NCBI GenBank assembly: GCA_033762255.1
Contig: JANRLT010000030.1
Span: 11,209 to 75,208 of the forward strand
Length of the DNA: 64,000 nucleotides
Direction: 5' to 3'
DNA from: Pirellulales bacterium
GTDB taxonomy: Bacteria > Planctomycetota > Planctomycetia > Pirellulales > JALHPA01
In this document: positions 36,098-46,685 of the stretch, piece after piece
Numbering within the stretch: the first letter of the stretch is position 1
Layout: each line of letters begins with the position of its first letter
Position numbers and translations under genes: made by a program
The notes under the pieces: generated by a model
What the model was told of the DNA's origin: nothing
Databases searched by the model: none
The model's input: the letters and a program-made list of their open reading frames with translations, nothing else

Positions 36098-38050
36098 TTA
36101 CTCCACCGTTACGCTCTTGGCCAAATTGCGCGGTTTATCCACGTCGCAGCCCCGCAATAGCGCGATGTGATACGCCAGCAGTTGTAGCGGCACGATCGAG
36201 ACGATCGGCTGCAAAAATTCCTCGACCGCCGGCACGCGAATCACATCGTCCGCCAGGTGTTCCACCCGGTCGTCATCGTTGTCCACCACCGCGATTACCG
36301 GCCCCCCCCGGGCCTTGATCTCTTCCAGGTTGGACATCACCTTATCATAGACAAACCCCTTTGGCATGAGAAACACACTGGGCGTGAACTCATCGACCAG
36401 GGCGATGGGTCCGTGCTTCATTTCCGCGGCGGGGTACCCCTCGGCATGGAGATAGCTAATTTCCTTGAGCTTGAGCGCGCCTTCCAGGGCCGTGGGAAAA
36501 TTGTAATTCCGACCCAAATACAAAAAGTTCCGGCATTCGCAGTATTTTTCGGCGATTTTTGCCACAAGATCGTTGCATTCCAGCGTCTCGGCAACTAGTT
36601 CCGGCAGCCGGCGCAGTTGTTCGATGATGCGCTGCCCTGCTCCAAAGCTCAGATGCCGCAACCGGCCCAAGTGCAGCGCCAGCATGGCCAGCGTGATTAC
36701 TTGCGAGGTAAATGCCTTGGTGCTAGCCACGCCAATCTCTGGCCCGGCGTGCAGGTAAATCCCGCCATCGCATTCGCGGGCGATGGTGCTTCCCACGACA
36801 TTGCAAATGGCCATCGTGGGGTGCCCCTTGCGTTTGAATTCCCGCAGGGCCGCCAGCGTGTCCGCCGTCTCCCCGGATTGGGTAATAGCAAACAGTAGCG
36901 TGTCCTTATCGACCGGTGGATTGCGGTACCGCAGTTCGCTGGCGTATTCCACTTCGACGGGCAGGCGGGCCAGCTCCTCAATCAGGTATTCCCCCACCAG
37001 CGCCGCGTGCCAGCTTGTTCCGCAACCGGTCAGAATGATGCGGTTTACGCTGCGCAATTGTTGTGGCTTGAGATTTAGCCCGCCAAAGACGCTGGTCGCC
37101 TCGTCCACGCTCAAGCGGCCCCTCATGGCGTTTTGCAAGGTTTCCGGCTGCTCAAAAATCTCCTTGAGCATGTAATGGCGATAGCCGTTGAGCTGGACCG
37201 AGCTGGCTTCTAGCTCCAACTGCTTCACATCAACCGCCACATGCCCCGTATCGCGATGGATCAAACGCAAGTGATCGGCGGTGACCACCGCCAATTCATG
37301 ATCGCTCAGGTAAACAATTTTATCGGTGTGGCCGACCAGCGGAGCGGCATCGCTAGCGATAAAATGCTCGCCATCTCCCACGCCCACGACTAGGGGGCTT
37401 CCCAGGCGGGCGGCAAAGATCACTTCGGGATAATCGCGAAACATGATCGCCAGGCCGTAGGTCCCCTGAAGCTTGGCCAGGGCGGCGCTAATCGCCCGAA
37501 TAAGATGCGCGTAGGGGTCGGCGTGATCGCCTTTCTTAGCGCCATTATTATTGTTATGCGAGTTATTCTCCGCGGGCGCCAGGCCATTTTGTTTGCCATT
37601 GGCGGGCAAATGCGCGGCCTCGCACCCTTGTTCCCGCAGGTAGCTATCGATCAGATGCGCGACCACCTCTGTATCCGTGGCCGAGCGAAAGACATACCCC
37701 TGCGCCTCGAGCTGCGTCTTTAACGCGCGGAAATTTTCGATCACGCCGTTATGGCACAGCACCAGGACATCGTCGCCTCCCCAGTGGGGGTGGCTGTTGA
37801 CATCGTTGGGCACGCCGTGCGTCGCCCAGCGGGTGTGGCCAATCCCCACGCTCCCCGTGGCGGGGGTCTGAGCTAGCTTTTTGGCCAGATTATCGATCCG
37901 CCCCACGGACTTGACCACTTGCAGACGGCCCCCCGGAGCGATGGTTGCCACGCCAGAGCTGTCATAGCCGCGATACTCCAACCGCCGCAGCCCTTCCACC
38001 AGGATTTCTTGTGCCGTACGAAAGCCCACATAACCGACGATGCCACACAT
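36098..38050 (-). CDS. glmS: Glutamine--fructose-6-phosphate aminotransferase
   Basis: MCGIVGYVG N-terminal nucleophile, two SIS domains, and a C-terminal DKPRNLAKSVTVE. Confidence 0.95.
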   Translation of the reverse strand: MCGIVGYVGFRTAQEILVEGLRRLEYRGYDSSGVATIAPGGRLQVVKSVGRIDNLAKKLAQTPATGSVGIGHTRWATHGVPNDVNSHPHWGGDDVLVLCHNGVIENFRALKTQLEAQGYVFRSATDTEVVAHLIDSYLREQGCEAAHLPANGKQNGLAPAENNSHNNNNGAKKGDHADPYAHLIRAISAALAKLQGTYGLAIMFRDYPEVIFAARLGSPLVVGVGDGEHFIASDAAPLVGHTDKIVYLSDHELAVVTADHLRLIHRDTGHVAVDVKQLELEASSVQLNGYRHYMLKEIFEQPETLQNAMRGRLSVDEATSVFGGLNLKPQQLRSVNRIILTGCGTSWHAALVGEYLIEELARLPVEVEYASELRYRNPPVDKDTLLFAITQSGETADTLAALREFKRKGHPTMAICNVVGSTIARECDGGIYLHAGPEIGVASTKAFTSQVITLAMLALHLGRLRHLSFGAGQRIIEQLRRLPELVAETLECNDLVAKIAEKYCECRNFLYLGRNYNFPTALEGALKLKEISYLHAEGYPAAEMKHGPIALVDEFTPSVFLMPKGFVYDKVMSNLEEIKARGGPVIAVVDNDDDRVEHLADDVIRVPAVEEFLQPIVSIVPLQLLAYHIALLRGCDVDKPRNLAKSVTVE

Positions 38051-38336
38051 GCGATTACCTAGTCCGCAAAGAATTTTGTTAATCCATCAGGGAGATGTCC
38101 CACCCACGGTCCAGCCCCGACATCCGTGGGCGAATCACACTCACCCAATACCATAGCATTTTCTGTGGTTTTTCCGAGAGACCGGAAAAACCGGAGAAAA
38201 AAATCGTGACGAAATCAAGCGAGTCGCTAGTGCTGTTAATACGCCTGATACCGTAAAATGTTCGGCATAATTGGTAAGATCGGCACCATTGCGCTGATCG
38301 CGCCCCATACGCACATCAAAACTTTACAAAATACGC

Positions 38337-39197
38337 ATGATGCCCGCGAATCACTCCCACTCCAGCTATGTGGTCATTCCCGCGCGGCTGGCCTCAACCC
38401 GCCTGCCGCGAAAATTATTATTGTCCGCTACAGGAAAGACGCTGCTTCAGCATACGTACGAAGCGGCCCTCCAAGCGAAATTGCCAGTCGGCATTTGCAT
38501 CGCCGCCGATCACGAGGATATTGCCGCCGCGGCGCGTGGGTTTGGGGCGCGGGTCATCATGACCAGCCCTGCCTGTGCTAGCGGAACGGATCGCCTGGCG
38601 GAGGTTGCGCCACAACTGGCGGGGGTGGATTTGATCGTCAATGTTCAAGGGGACGAGCCGGAACTAAGTGGCGCGACCATCGACGCGGCGATCAAACTGC
38701 TGACAAATTCCCCGCAAGCACAAATGGCCACGCTAGGGACGCCGATCCACGAGCGTGAAAAACTGCACGACCCGGCGTGTGTAAAAGTGGTCTGGCGAAG
38801 GGATGATTTCACGAACGGAACTTTAGGAAGTGATAAGGCGGCCGGAACTGTGTCCAGTTCCGCTACGGCAAGTTTTTTGGCCACTGGGACCGCGCTCTAT
38901 TTTAGCCGGTCGGCTATTCCCCACGCCCGCGACTGGCGGGACGACCTGCTAACAGCGGAACCGGCGCACTTTTACCAGCATCTTGGCTTATATGTGTACC
39001 GGCGGGAATTTTTGCCGCTGTTTGCCGGTCTGCCGCGGACGCCACTCGAAAAATTGGAAAATCTGGAACAGTTACGCGTATTGGAACATGGCCACCAAAT
39101 CCGCATCGGCATTGTAGAGGAACCAACGGTGGGCATAGACACACCGGCGGATTACGCGGCCTTTGTCAAGCGCTATGCGGAGAGAGAATCGCAGTGA
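38337..39197 (+). CDS. kdsB: 3-deoxy-manno-octulosonate cytidylyltransferase
   Basis: VIPARLASTRLPRKLL, VNVQGDEP, YFSRSAIP, and GLYVYRREFL. Confidence 0.85.
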   Translation: MMPANHSHSSYVVIPARLASTRLPRKLLLSATGKTLLQHTYEAALQAKLPVGICIAADHEDIAAAARGFGARVIMTSPACASGTDRLAEVAPQLAGVDLIVNVQGDEPELSGATIDAAIKLLTNSPQAQMATLGTPIHEREKLHDPACVKVVWRRDDFTNGTLGSDKAAGTVSSSATASFLATGTALYFSRSAIPHARDWRDDLLTAEPAHFYQHLGLYVYRREFLPLFAGLPRTPLEKLENLEQLRVLEHGHQIRIGIVEEPTVGIDTPADYAAFVKRYAERESQ

Positions 39198-39369
39198 CGC
39201 TGAAGCCACAGCGGACAGGGGCGGCACCGTGCCCCTCATTTCTGCGTCCGTAACACAGGACCAAGGCGTGCCTCTTTTGCGCGTGCGTTCTCGCACATTT
39301 GCAATTTGACTTCGCGCGATTTTCCATTTAGAGTCAATAGAGACTGCACGCCTCTAAAATTCTACTGCG

Positions 39370-41205
39370 ATGATGCCCAGCAGGCTCCCATTTATGCAAA
39401 TCGTGTCCAACCGTATTCTGGCAGGGGGATGTTTTGTCATCTGGCTGGGGTTTATTGGTTTTTCGCAACCTCTGTGTGCCGAATACCGCAGCCTGGACGG
39501 ATCAGCCAATAACTTGAACATCACCGCGCAGGGCGCGGCTAATACGCCGATTATCCGGTTTCAATACGCGGCCTTTTATCCCGGGGATGGCCGCGGCACC
39601 ACCATGCTGCAACCCCCCGCGGCGCCCAATCCCCGCGCGCTCAGCAACTCATTTGCCCAGGCTTTTGCCGATCGCGTGGATTCCCGGGGCCTGTTGGAAA
39701 ATTCCCGCAATCTGAGTGACTATATTTGGCAGTGGGGCCAGTTTCTCACGCATGACCTGGACTTGTCTACGCAATCCGCCGCCAATGGCGTCAATCCCAT
39801 CGCCGTGCCCACTGGCGACCCGCAGTTTGATCCGTTGCATACCGGGACGCAAATCATCCCGTTCACGCGTTCCGATTTTGTCATCAGTCCCGCGACACAA
39901 ATTCGCGAGCAACTCAACCGCGTGACCAGCTACATCGATGCCTCACAGGTGTATGGCTCTGACGCCACGCGCGCGCGGGCGCTGCGTACCTTAAACGACG
40001 GCAAATTGCTCACCAGCGCGGGAAATTTGCCCGGATTTAACACCGGTGGGTTCCTCAACGACAATAACAATCCCTCGCTGACCGCCGATCAGCTTTTTTT
40101 CACGGGCGACGTCCGCGCAAACGAGCAAGTGGGCCTGACCGCATTGCATACAGTTTTTTTGCGGGAGCATAACCGCCTGGCCGATCTCATTGCCGCGCGG
40201 CAAGCGGCCAGCCTGCCCGCCGATCCCATCGCTCGGGATGAAGAGATTTACCAGCGCGCGCGACGGATTGTCGGGGCCGAGATGCAAATCATCACCTATC
40301 GGGAATTCTTGCCCGCGCTCATGGGCCAATTCGCCCCCCGCGCCGAAAGTTACTCTTATCTCGATTTTATTGACGCCTCGGTTACGCAAACTTTTTCGCA
40401 TGCCCTGTTCCGCATTGGCCACAGCCAGAACTCCCCCACCATTCAACTCGTCAATGGCAATGGCCAAATCATCGATTCGCTCTCGCTGCGCGATGGGTTC
40501 TTTAACCCCGCGCTGCTGAGGGACAATCCCGATCATGTCAACCAAATTCTCCGCGGACTGGCCGTGCAACGCGCCCAGGCTACGGACCTGCATTATGTCG
40601 AGGAATTGCGCAGCTTTCTCTTTGGGCCACCGGGAGCCGGCGGACTGGATCTATTGGCGCTGGATATTCAGCGCGGTCGCGACCATGGCCTGCCTAGCTA
40701 TAACCAAAGTCTGCTGGCCTACGCGGGGGACTTTCGCGCGACCGTGCAACAGATCACGCCCGATGTCGAACTTCAAGCCGTGCTGACGGACCTGTACGAC
40801 ATTGACATCGATCCCAACAACATCGGTAATATCGACTTGATCGTGGGTGCCCTAGCCGAGCCGCAATTCTTTGGCGAATTGGGCCAAAGCGCGTTTATCG
40901 TGATTGATAATCAGTTTCGCCGCTTGCGCGACGGGGACCGCTTTTTTTACCTGGGAGAAGCCGCCGGGCTGTATGACAACATCAACGGAGAATACGCCCT
41001 CCGTTCCGAAATTCGGGATCTGCTCGATCTTGATCAACTGACCTTATCGCGGGTGATCAAGTGGAATACGGATATTGGCTATCTGCCCGAGAATGTTTTC
41101 TTTGCCGGCCCCGTCCCGGAACCGAGCGGTCTGGTGATGATCGGGCTGTCAGGTGCGGGAGCGTTTTGGTTTTTGCGATATCGCAAACGGGCCGGCGGGG
41201 TCTAA
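39370..41205 (+). CDS. Animal-type haem peroxidase (peroxidase-cyclooxygenase superfamily) with a PEP-CTERM anchor
   Basis: Signal peptide, then SLDGSANN. Distal His block WGQFLTHDLD, catalytic Arg block FFTGDVRANEQVGL, proximal His block LFRIGHSQ. The C-terminus is VPEPSGLVMIGLSGAGAFWFLRYRKR. Confidence 0.8.
   Translation: MMPSRLPFMQIVSNRILAGGCFVIWLGFIGFSQPLCAEYRSLDGSANNLNITAQGAANTPIIRFQYAAFYPGDGRGTTMLQPPAAPNPRALSNSFAQAFADRVDSRGLLENSRNLSDYIWQWGQFLTHDLDLSTQSAANGVNPIAVPTGDPQFDPLHTGTQIIPFTRSDFVISPATQIREQLNRVTSYIDASQVYGSDATRARALRTLNDGKLLTSAGNLPGFNTGGFLNDNNNPSLTADQLFFTGDVRANEQVGLTALHTVFLREHNRLADLIAARQAASLPADPIARDEEIYQRARRIVGAEMQIITYREFLPALMGQFAPRAESYSYLDFIDASVTQTFSHALFRIGHSQNSPTIQLVNGNGQIIDSLSLRDGFFNPALLRDNPDHVNQILRGLAVQRAQATDLHYVEELRSFLFGPPGAGGLDLLALDIQRGRDHGLPSYNQSLLAYAGDFRATVQQITPDVELQAVLTDLYDIDIDPNNIGNIDLIVGALAEPQFFGELGQSAFIVIDNQFRRLRDGDRFFYLGEAAGLYDNINGEYALRSEIRDLLDLDQLTLSRVIKWNTDIGYLPENVFFAGPVPEPSGLVMIGLSGAGAFWFLRYRKRAGGV
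41110..41202 (+). other. PEP-CTERM sorting signal (Pro-Glu-Pro, TM helix, Arg/Lys cluster)
   Basis: PVPEPSGLVMIGLSGAGAFWFLRYRKRAGGV at the extreme C-terminus of the peroxidase. Confidence 0.75.
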
Positions 41206-41438
41206 CGTGCCATCCGCAACCGGGATATGCCATTCCCTGACGATGGCCATGCTCGAATTCATGTTAGACCAATCACAAGTCATCAGTGGACGGAACTTCG
41301 TAGTTGGCAACTAATCGTAGGCGAGAGTCCCGCGGCAGAGATGAACGTCTGAAATCGATAGCATCCCCACGGTGATAACGGTATCAAACCGCGTGCTAGC
41401 GCCCCGGGTTCATCCGCAAACAAATCGTTGACAGAGAG

Positions 41439-42353
41439 CTAGCCCCGGCTTAGGAGCCACGCCAAGATCCCCTTTTGCACATGCAGTCGGTTTCCCGCCT
41501 GCTGGACAACGATGCTGCGGGGGCCGTCGATCACCTCGTCAGTTACTTCCTCACCCCGATGGGCGGGGAGGCAATGCATAAAATAGGCCTCGGGGGCGGC
41601 TTGCAGTAGGGCCGCATTCACCTGGTACGCGGCAAAATCCGCGCGTCGCTGGGTGGATTCGGCCTCTTGGCCCATGCTAGTCCAGACATCGGTGTACACG
41701 GCCGCAGCGCCCCGGACCGCAGAGCGGGGATCAGTGGTGACGGTTATATCCAGGCCGGGAATCAATCTTCGCAATTTAGTCAGTTCCTCCGGGGCAAACT
41801 GGTAGTTAGAGGGCGTCGCCATGACAAATTTGACCCCCAGGTATCCGCACAGTTCCAGTAAACTGCGGGCGACGTTATTGGCATCGCCAATATAAGTCAA
41901 CCGCTGCCCTGCTAGCGGGCCGACCAGTTCCTGCAACGTGTACAAATCCGCCAAGGCCTGACACGGATGGCACAAGTCAGTCAGGCCGTTGATCACCGCG
42001 CAGGCGGAGTGCCGTGCTAGTTCTTCTACGGTTTTGTGGGCCTTGGCCCGCACGACGATCACATCTACAAACTGGCTAAGCACGCGGCCAAAGTCTGCCA
42101 GTGATTCGCGCTGTGAATTGAATCCCGAATCCTCGGTTAAAAACAGACTTCCCCCGCCTAACTGGATCATGCCGCTTTCAAAGCTGACACGCGTCCGCAA
42201 CGACGGCTTTTCAAAGAGCAGAGCCATGACCCGACCAGGCAGCAACGGCTCGCGCAAGCCCTCGGCGTGTTTGCTTTTGAGATCGCGAGTGATGGAAAAG
42301 ATCGCTTCCACCTCCGCGGGGCGCAAGTCCGTGATCGAGAGCAAATGTCGCAT
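41439..42353 (-). CDS. argF: Ornithine carbamoyltransferase
   Basis: FEKPSLRTRVSFE, HPCQALAD, and the HCLPAHRGEEV motifs. The track start at 42413 is TTG; ATG at 42353. Confidence 0.9.
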   Translation of the reverse strand: MRHLLSITDLRPAEVEAIFSITRDLKSKHAEGLREPLLPGRVMALLFEKPSLRTRVSFESGMIQLGGGSLFLTEDSGFNSQRESLADFGRVLSQFVDVIVVRAKAHKTVEELARHSACAVINGLTDLCHPCQALADLYTLQELVGPLAGQRLTYIGDANNVARSLLELCGYLGVKFVMATPSNYQFAPEELTKLRRLIPGLDITVTTDPRSAVRGAAAVYTDVWTSMGQEAESTQRRADFAAYQVNAALLQAAPEAYFMHCLPAHRGEEVTDEVIDGPRSIVVQQAGNRLHVQKGILAWLLSRG

Positions 42354-42580
42354 GAATGTATTTTGTGATTGGTGTAAGATTAGCCGCGACACAAGATCCT
42401 TCTTGCTGGTCAACCATCAAAGTCGCAAAATCAGGCTACTTTCCCCGTAAAATTTTGTTTAAACGCGACGGCGGATTCCCCGCAGGCAAGGTACTAGGGG
42501 AGCTACCCAAAATCCGCGTATTGTTTATCAGTTTAATATGCACGCGGGAACGCTGGATTCTTCTCCGGCTAAAAAAATTC

Positions 42581-43801
42581 TTAGGGACTCAATTTACCCG
42601 CATCCGCTAGCTTTAGCGCTGCCGACATAATTTCGATCCCTTGGCGGGCCTGCTCCTGGGACAAATTCATGGCCGGAAGCAACCGCAGCACGTTACCCTG
42701 GGTGCAGTTGATCAGCAAATTGCGTTCAAGGCACGCCTTGACCAAGGGAGCCCCTTCGATGGTCAATTCGATGCCGATCATCACGCCCCGCACCCGGACC
42801 CCCTTGATAATGGCGCATTCCTGTTGCAAGGAGGTAAATTCGTCCAGAAACAAATCCCCCAGCGCCTTGGCCTGGTCGAGCAGATTTTCGTCCTCAATCA
42901 TTTGCAAAGCGGCGATTCCCGCGCGGGCGGCCAGGGGATTTCCACCAAAAGTCGCCGCGTGCATCCCCGGACGCAGGCTGGGGGCCAGCTCTTTTTTGCA
43001 CAACAGCGCGCCACCGGCGATTCCGCCGCAAAGCGATTTGGCCAGGGTCATGACGTCGGGCGTAACGCCAAAATGCTGATAGGCAAACCATTCCCCCGTC
43101 CGCCCACAACCGGTTTGCACTTCGTCAAACATCAGTACCAAGCCCTGTTCATCACACAGCGCGCGTAGGCCGGGCAAAAAATCGCGATCGGGAATGTTAA
43201 TTCCCCCCTCTCCTTGAATCGGCTCCACCAAAATCGCCGCGGTCTCGCCATCGACCAGCTTGCGCGTGGCCTCTAGGTCTCCAAACGGGGCATACACAAA
43301 CCCCGGCAGCATCGGGCCTAGCCCTTCGTGGTATTTGGGTTGGGCTGTGGCGGTGACGGCCCCCATGGTCCGCCCATGAAATCCTCCGCGAAAGGTAATG
43401 ATTTTGTACCGTTCCTTGGGCGTGTGCAGCCGGGCCAGTTTGATCGCGGCTTCGTTAGCTTCGGCCCCGGAGTTGCAAAAAAACGCCAGCCCGCCAAAAC
43501 TGCGTTCCGACAGCGCCTTGGCCCATTCCCCCTGGGCTTCGGTATACCAGGTGTTGGGGACGTGAATCAACTCAGCCACTTGCTGTTGGACGGCCTGCAC
43601 GACCGGTTCGGGGCAGTGGCCCAGCAGATTGCAGCCCCAGCCGGGAAAAAAGTCGAGGTAGCGGTTTCCCTCGGCATCCCAGACCCAGGAACCTTGCCCG
43701 CGGACCAGGGCCACGGGGTAGCGGTTGTAGTTGGGGACGACGTATTTTTGAAATAGCTCGACAATTTCGGCCGAACTAGCGGTAGCGGTCGCGGTGGCCA
43801 T
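42581..43801 (-). CDS. argD: Acetylornithine aminotransferase
   Basis: Class III aminotransferase blocks: FFCNSGAEANEAAIKLAR, DEVQTGCGRTG, and the TLAKSLCGG PLP-lysine context. Confidence 0.9.
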   Translation of the reverse strand: MATATATASSAEIVELFQKYVVPNYNRYPVALVRGQGSWVWDAEGNRYLDFFPGWGCNLLGHCPEPVVQAVQQQVAELIHVPNTWYTEAQGEWAKALSERSFGGLAFFCNSGAEANEAAIKLARLHTPKERYKIITFRGGFHGRTMGAVTATAQPKYHEGLGPMLPGFVYAPFGDLEATRKLVDGETAAILVEPIQGEGGINIPDRDFLPGLRALCDEQGLVLMFDEVQTGCGRTGEWFAYQHFGVTPDVMTLAKSLCGGIAGGALLCKKELAPSLRPGMHAATFGGNPLAARAGIAALQMIEDENLLDQAKALGDLFLDEFTSLQQECAIIKGVRVRGVMIGIELTIEGAPLVKACLERNLLINCTQGNVLRLLPAMNLSQEQARQGIEIMSAALKLADAGKLSP

Positions 43802-43831
43802 GCGGGAATTCCTGGGGAAAAAATAGCAACT

Positions 43832-44794
43832 TTAGGCCGGGTCTTGGAGAATTTCGGTGCCGACGCCGGTGTTGGTGTAAATTTCTAACAGCAGCGAATG
43901 ACGGATACGCCCGTCAATAATATGAATTTTGCGGACCCCCTTATCCAGCGTGTCCAGGCAGCCTTCGACCTTGGGGATCATCCCGCTTTCGATCTGTCCG
44001 CTGCTGATCATGGCTCGGGCGTCGCTGGCGGTGAGGGTATGAATAAGCGAGGCGGGATCGTTTTTGTCACGGCGGACGCCGTTGACATCGCTCAAAAAAA
44101 CCAGCTTTTCGGCTCCCAAGGCCTGGGCGACGGCAGTGGCCGCGGTGTCGGCGTTGACGTTGTACTTTTGCCCCGTGGCATCGATGCACATGGACGGGAT
44201 CACCGGCACCTGCCCGGCGTAGCACAAATTGTCGATGGTGGTCCGGTCCACGCGGGTCACCCCCCCCACAAAGCCGAGGTCGATTTTTTCGCCGGGAGTA
44301 TGTTGACCGTTTGTGTTGTTTTCCAGCCAGAGTTTTTCCCCAAAGAGCACATTGGTCGTGCGAAAGTTCAGGGGCATGGCCCGCCCGCCAAATTGTTCGA
44401 TGCTGGCGGCAATTTGTTCGTTGGTTTGGTAGGCCAGGACCTGCTCGACGATTTCCAGCGTGGCGGCGTCGGTATAGCGCCGCCCCTGAATAAACCGGGG
44501 AACCAGCCCGGCGGCATCCATCGCCCGGCTAATCGCCGCCCCCCCACCATGTACCACAACAACCCGCATTCCCACGGTTTCGAGAAAGACGATATCGACC
44601 AGCAGATGGCGCAGGGCGTCGGGATTTTCCATGACGCTCCCCCCCAGCTTGATCACGGTAATTTTATCGCGAAATCTGCGAATCCAGCCCAGGGCCTCGA
44701 TCAAGATGTCGGCTTTGTTAATCGCCTTTTGCTGGGTCGCAGTGGTCAATGGCGGATTCCCCCGAAAATGATGGGCCAAATGGCGTAAAAACAC
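43832..44794 (-). CDS. argB: Acetylglutamate kinase
   Basis: [18 protein letters not shown], and NVNADTAA. There is no ATG near the 5' end. The start is GTG at 44794 or TTG at 44749. Confidence 0.9.
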   Translation of the reverse strand: MFLRHLAHHFRGNPPLTTATQQKAINKADILIEALGWIRRFRDKITVIKLGGSVMENPDALRHLLVDIVFLETVGMRVVVVHGGGAAISRAMDAAGLVPRFIQGRRYTDAATLEIVEQVLAYQTNEQIAASIEQFGGRAMPLNFRTTNVLFGEKLWLENNTNGQHTPGEKIDLGFVGGVTRVDRTTIDNLCYAGQVPVIPSMCIDATGQKYNVNADTAATAVAQALGAEKLVFLSDVNGVRRDKNDPASLIHTLTASDARAMISSGQIESGMIPKVEGCLDTLDKGVRKIHIIDGRIRHSLLLEIYTNTGVGTEILQDPA

Positions 44795-44888
44795 ATTATT
44801 TTAATGTGTCAGGGAGGAAAGTCAATAAAACGGAGGGGCGGGAATATACCCCGTTAGAAAAGCCTGTGGCTTTGGGTATATTGCAAGT

Positions 44889-45743
44889 TTATGCTGCGGC
44901 CGCGTAGCCCGAGGATTTTGCTTCTGCGGGGACGCTCTCTCCCCAGATCGCTTCACCCGCGGCCGGCCCCAGCATCAATAGCAGGTCCAAAATGGACACT
45001 TGCCGGGCAAACGGCTCATACAGTTGCGGATATTCGGAATAGTGATAGTCCATGTACTCCAGCGTGATACTCGCCCTGGCCAAGGCCGCCTCATCCAGAT
45101 AATCGCGAGCCGACGGGCCTGAAACATAATGCGTCGCCCCGACTTTTTGCAAGATTTTTATCAAACGTTCCGTCTTGGTTCCGGGAATGCCTAACTGGGA
45201 AGAACGTAAAAAACGGGTCCCTCGAATACCCAATTCCCGCGCTAGCGCGATCGTCAGATCAATGGTAAAATCCGCCAGCAGCGCGTCCCGCCTGTGATAA
45301 AACGGCGCCAGCAAATCACTATATCGCTGAAAAAAAGGGGCTTTGGAATAGGCGGCCTTGAGCGTTTCCCAATGCTGCCTGGCCCAATTGCGATCCCAGA
45401 CAATGGGAATTTGATTGATGAGCCGACCCTGCGATACCGCCCCCTTAGCGGATACGGGGATGGTCAACCACAGCAGCCCTTGGGCGGTTTTGATCAAATT
45501 GCGGTTGCGCCAGCCATGTTTGTCGTACTGGACATCATCATAAAACACAAAAGTGTCCGCTTTTTGTATTTGATGAAAGTAACCCCGCCAAGGGATATAC
45601 GATGGCTGTAAGATCACGCAGGTGTGCCGGGAAGCAACTGGCGTGGGATGGCAAGCTGGCGGCGCGCACGGGCTGGTGGCGGAGTTGCCGCCAGTCGATG
45701 GCTCACAAGTAGTGATCGCAAGCTCGCGAGAGTGGTGGGACAT
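44889..45743 (-). CDS. WbqC-like family protein
   Basis: ILQPSYIPWRGYFHQIQKADTFVFYDDVQY is the typical WbqC N-terminus. This suggests the true start may be GTG at 45617 rather than ATG at 45743. Confidence 0.7.
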   Translation of the reverse strand: MSHHSRELAITTCEPSTGGNSATSPCAPPACHPTPVASRHTCVILQPSYIPWRGYFHQIQKADTFVFYDDVQYDKHGWRNRNLIKTAQGLLWLTIPVSAKGAVSQGRLINQIPIVWDRNWARQHWETLKAAYSKAPFFQRYSDLLAPFYHRRDALLADFTIDLTIALARELGIRGTRFLRSSQLGIPGTKTERLIKILQKVGATHYVSGPSARDYLDEAALARASITLEYMDYHYSEYPQLYEPFARQVSILDLLLMLGPAAGEAIWGESVPAEAKSSGYAAAA

Positions 45744-45824
45744 CCGTAATCGCTATAAAGGTGGCTTGTCGATCGCAACTAATGACAAATGTGGTAAATC
45801 CAGCTTGTTAACATCACAGCTTTT

Positions 45825-46358
45825 TTAGGCCGCTTTGCGGTTAAACTCGCGCCGCAAGAGGCCCATCACGACGGCATGGCATTTTTCCCCGCGCAGAACA
45901 AACTCTTCCCTTAGCAGGCCTTCGGCCAAAAATCCCGCGCGGCGATAAGCGGCAATCGCCCGCGCATTATGTTGGTGCACGGTCAGCCAAACCTTATTGA
46001 GGTTCAAGACGGTAAACGCTTGATCGGCGGCCAGTCGAACAGCCTGTTGACCGATACCCTTTCCCCGGGCTTCAGGCTCGCCAATGTAAATCGAAAGGCG
46101 GGCTGTTCCTAAATGCCTGTCAATCCGATCCAAGATCACATTTCCCACATGCGCGCCAGCGGCGGTAATCGCCCAGACGGCCATGTCCGGATCGGCGGTG
46201 GTCCGTTCTATCCAGGCCACGGTTTTTTCCAGCGAGGGTTCGCTGCGCAGGCCCACGTTATCGGCCACGTCCGGATCGCGCATCCACTGCAGCATGGCGG
46301 GAGCGGCGGCGACCGTAAGGGGCCGCAAACAAATTTGGGGAACGGTCGGCGGGGACAT
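45825..46358 (-). CDS. GNAT-family N-acetyltransferase
   Basis: The RGKGIGQQAV acetyl-CoA loop and NARAIAAYRRAGF. The track start at 46394 is TTG. Confidence 0.8.
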   Translation of the reverse strand: MSPPTVPQICLRPLTVAAAPAMLQWMRDPDVADNVGLRSEPSLEKTVAWIERTTADPDMAVWAITAAGAHVGNVILDRIDRHLGTARLSIYIGEPEARGKGIGQQAVRLAADQAFTVLNLNKVWLTVHQHNARAIAAYRRAGFLAEGLLREEFVLRGEKCHAVVMGLLRREFNRKAA

Positions 46359-46685
46359 CGCGGAAAAAATCTTGGGCAAAAGTAAAGGGGGCAACGCTGA
46401 GCGTGGGCCAGATTATCGGCAGAGCGTCCCCGGGGAGCAAGAGCGAATCAGTCAATTAAGATTGGCAAATTAAAAATAGGCGAAGTCGTTGCTAGCATGT
46501 TTAGCAACTTCAGCCAGGGGAGAGAATCATCCTTTCAGTTAGCCTAGGTCCCGATGGGGATGGCTTGATCTTGGGCAAAATCCCCCCCTGGGTTACATTT
46601 AGCTTCGATTTTCTCCGTTCCCGGATGATGGCCGCGCAATCGTGAGGCACGGGTTGTTCATTATTATTGCCAGCAGGACCAGGCT

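Noticed and set aside
38051-38336. Possible glmS ribozyme in the 5' leader of glmS.
   Set aside because: I could not find the conserved ribozyme core in the 286-nt divergent spacer. That element is essentially restricted to Gram-positive lineages.
39217-39236. Hairpin AGGGGC-GGCACCGT-GCCCCT after kdsB as a terminator.
   Set aside because: The stem is only 6 bp and it is followed by CATTTCTG rather than a U-tract, so the evidence is too weak to annotate.
43898-44788. Long antisense or alternative-frame ORFs in the track (for example 43898-44788, 13540-14259, 53892-54476, 16966-17616, 55720-56397, 63084-63692).
   Set aside because: Each lies fully inside a well-supported gene on the opposite strand or in another frame. 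Their translations are Arg/Gly/Pro/Ala-rich with no motifs, which is typical of shadow ORFs in GC-rich DNA.
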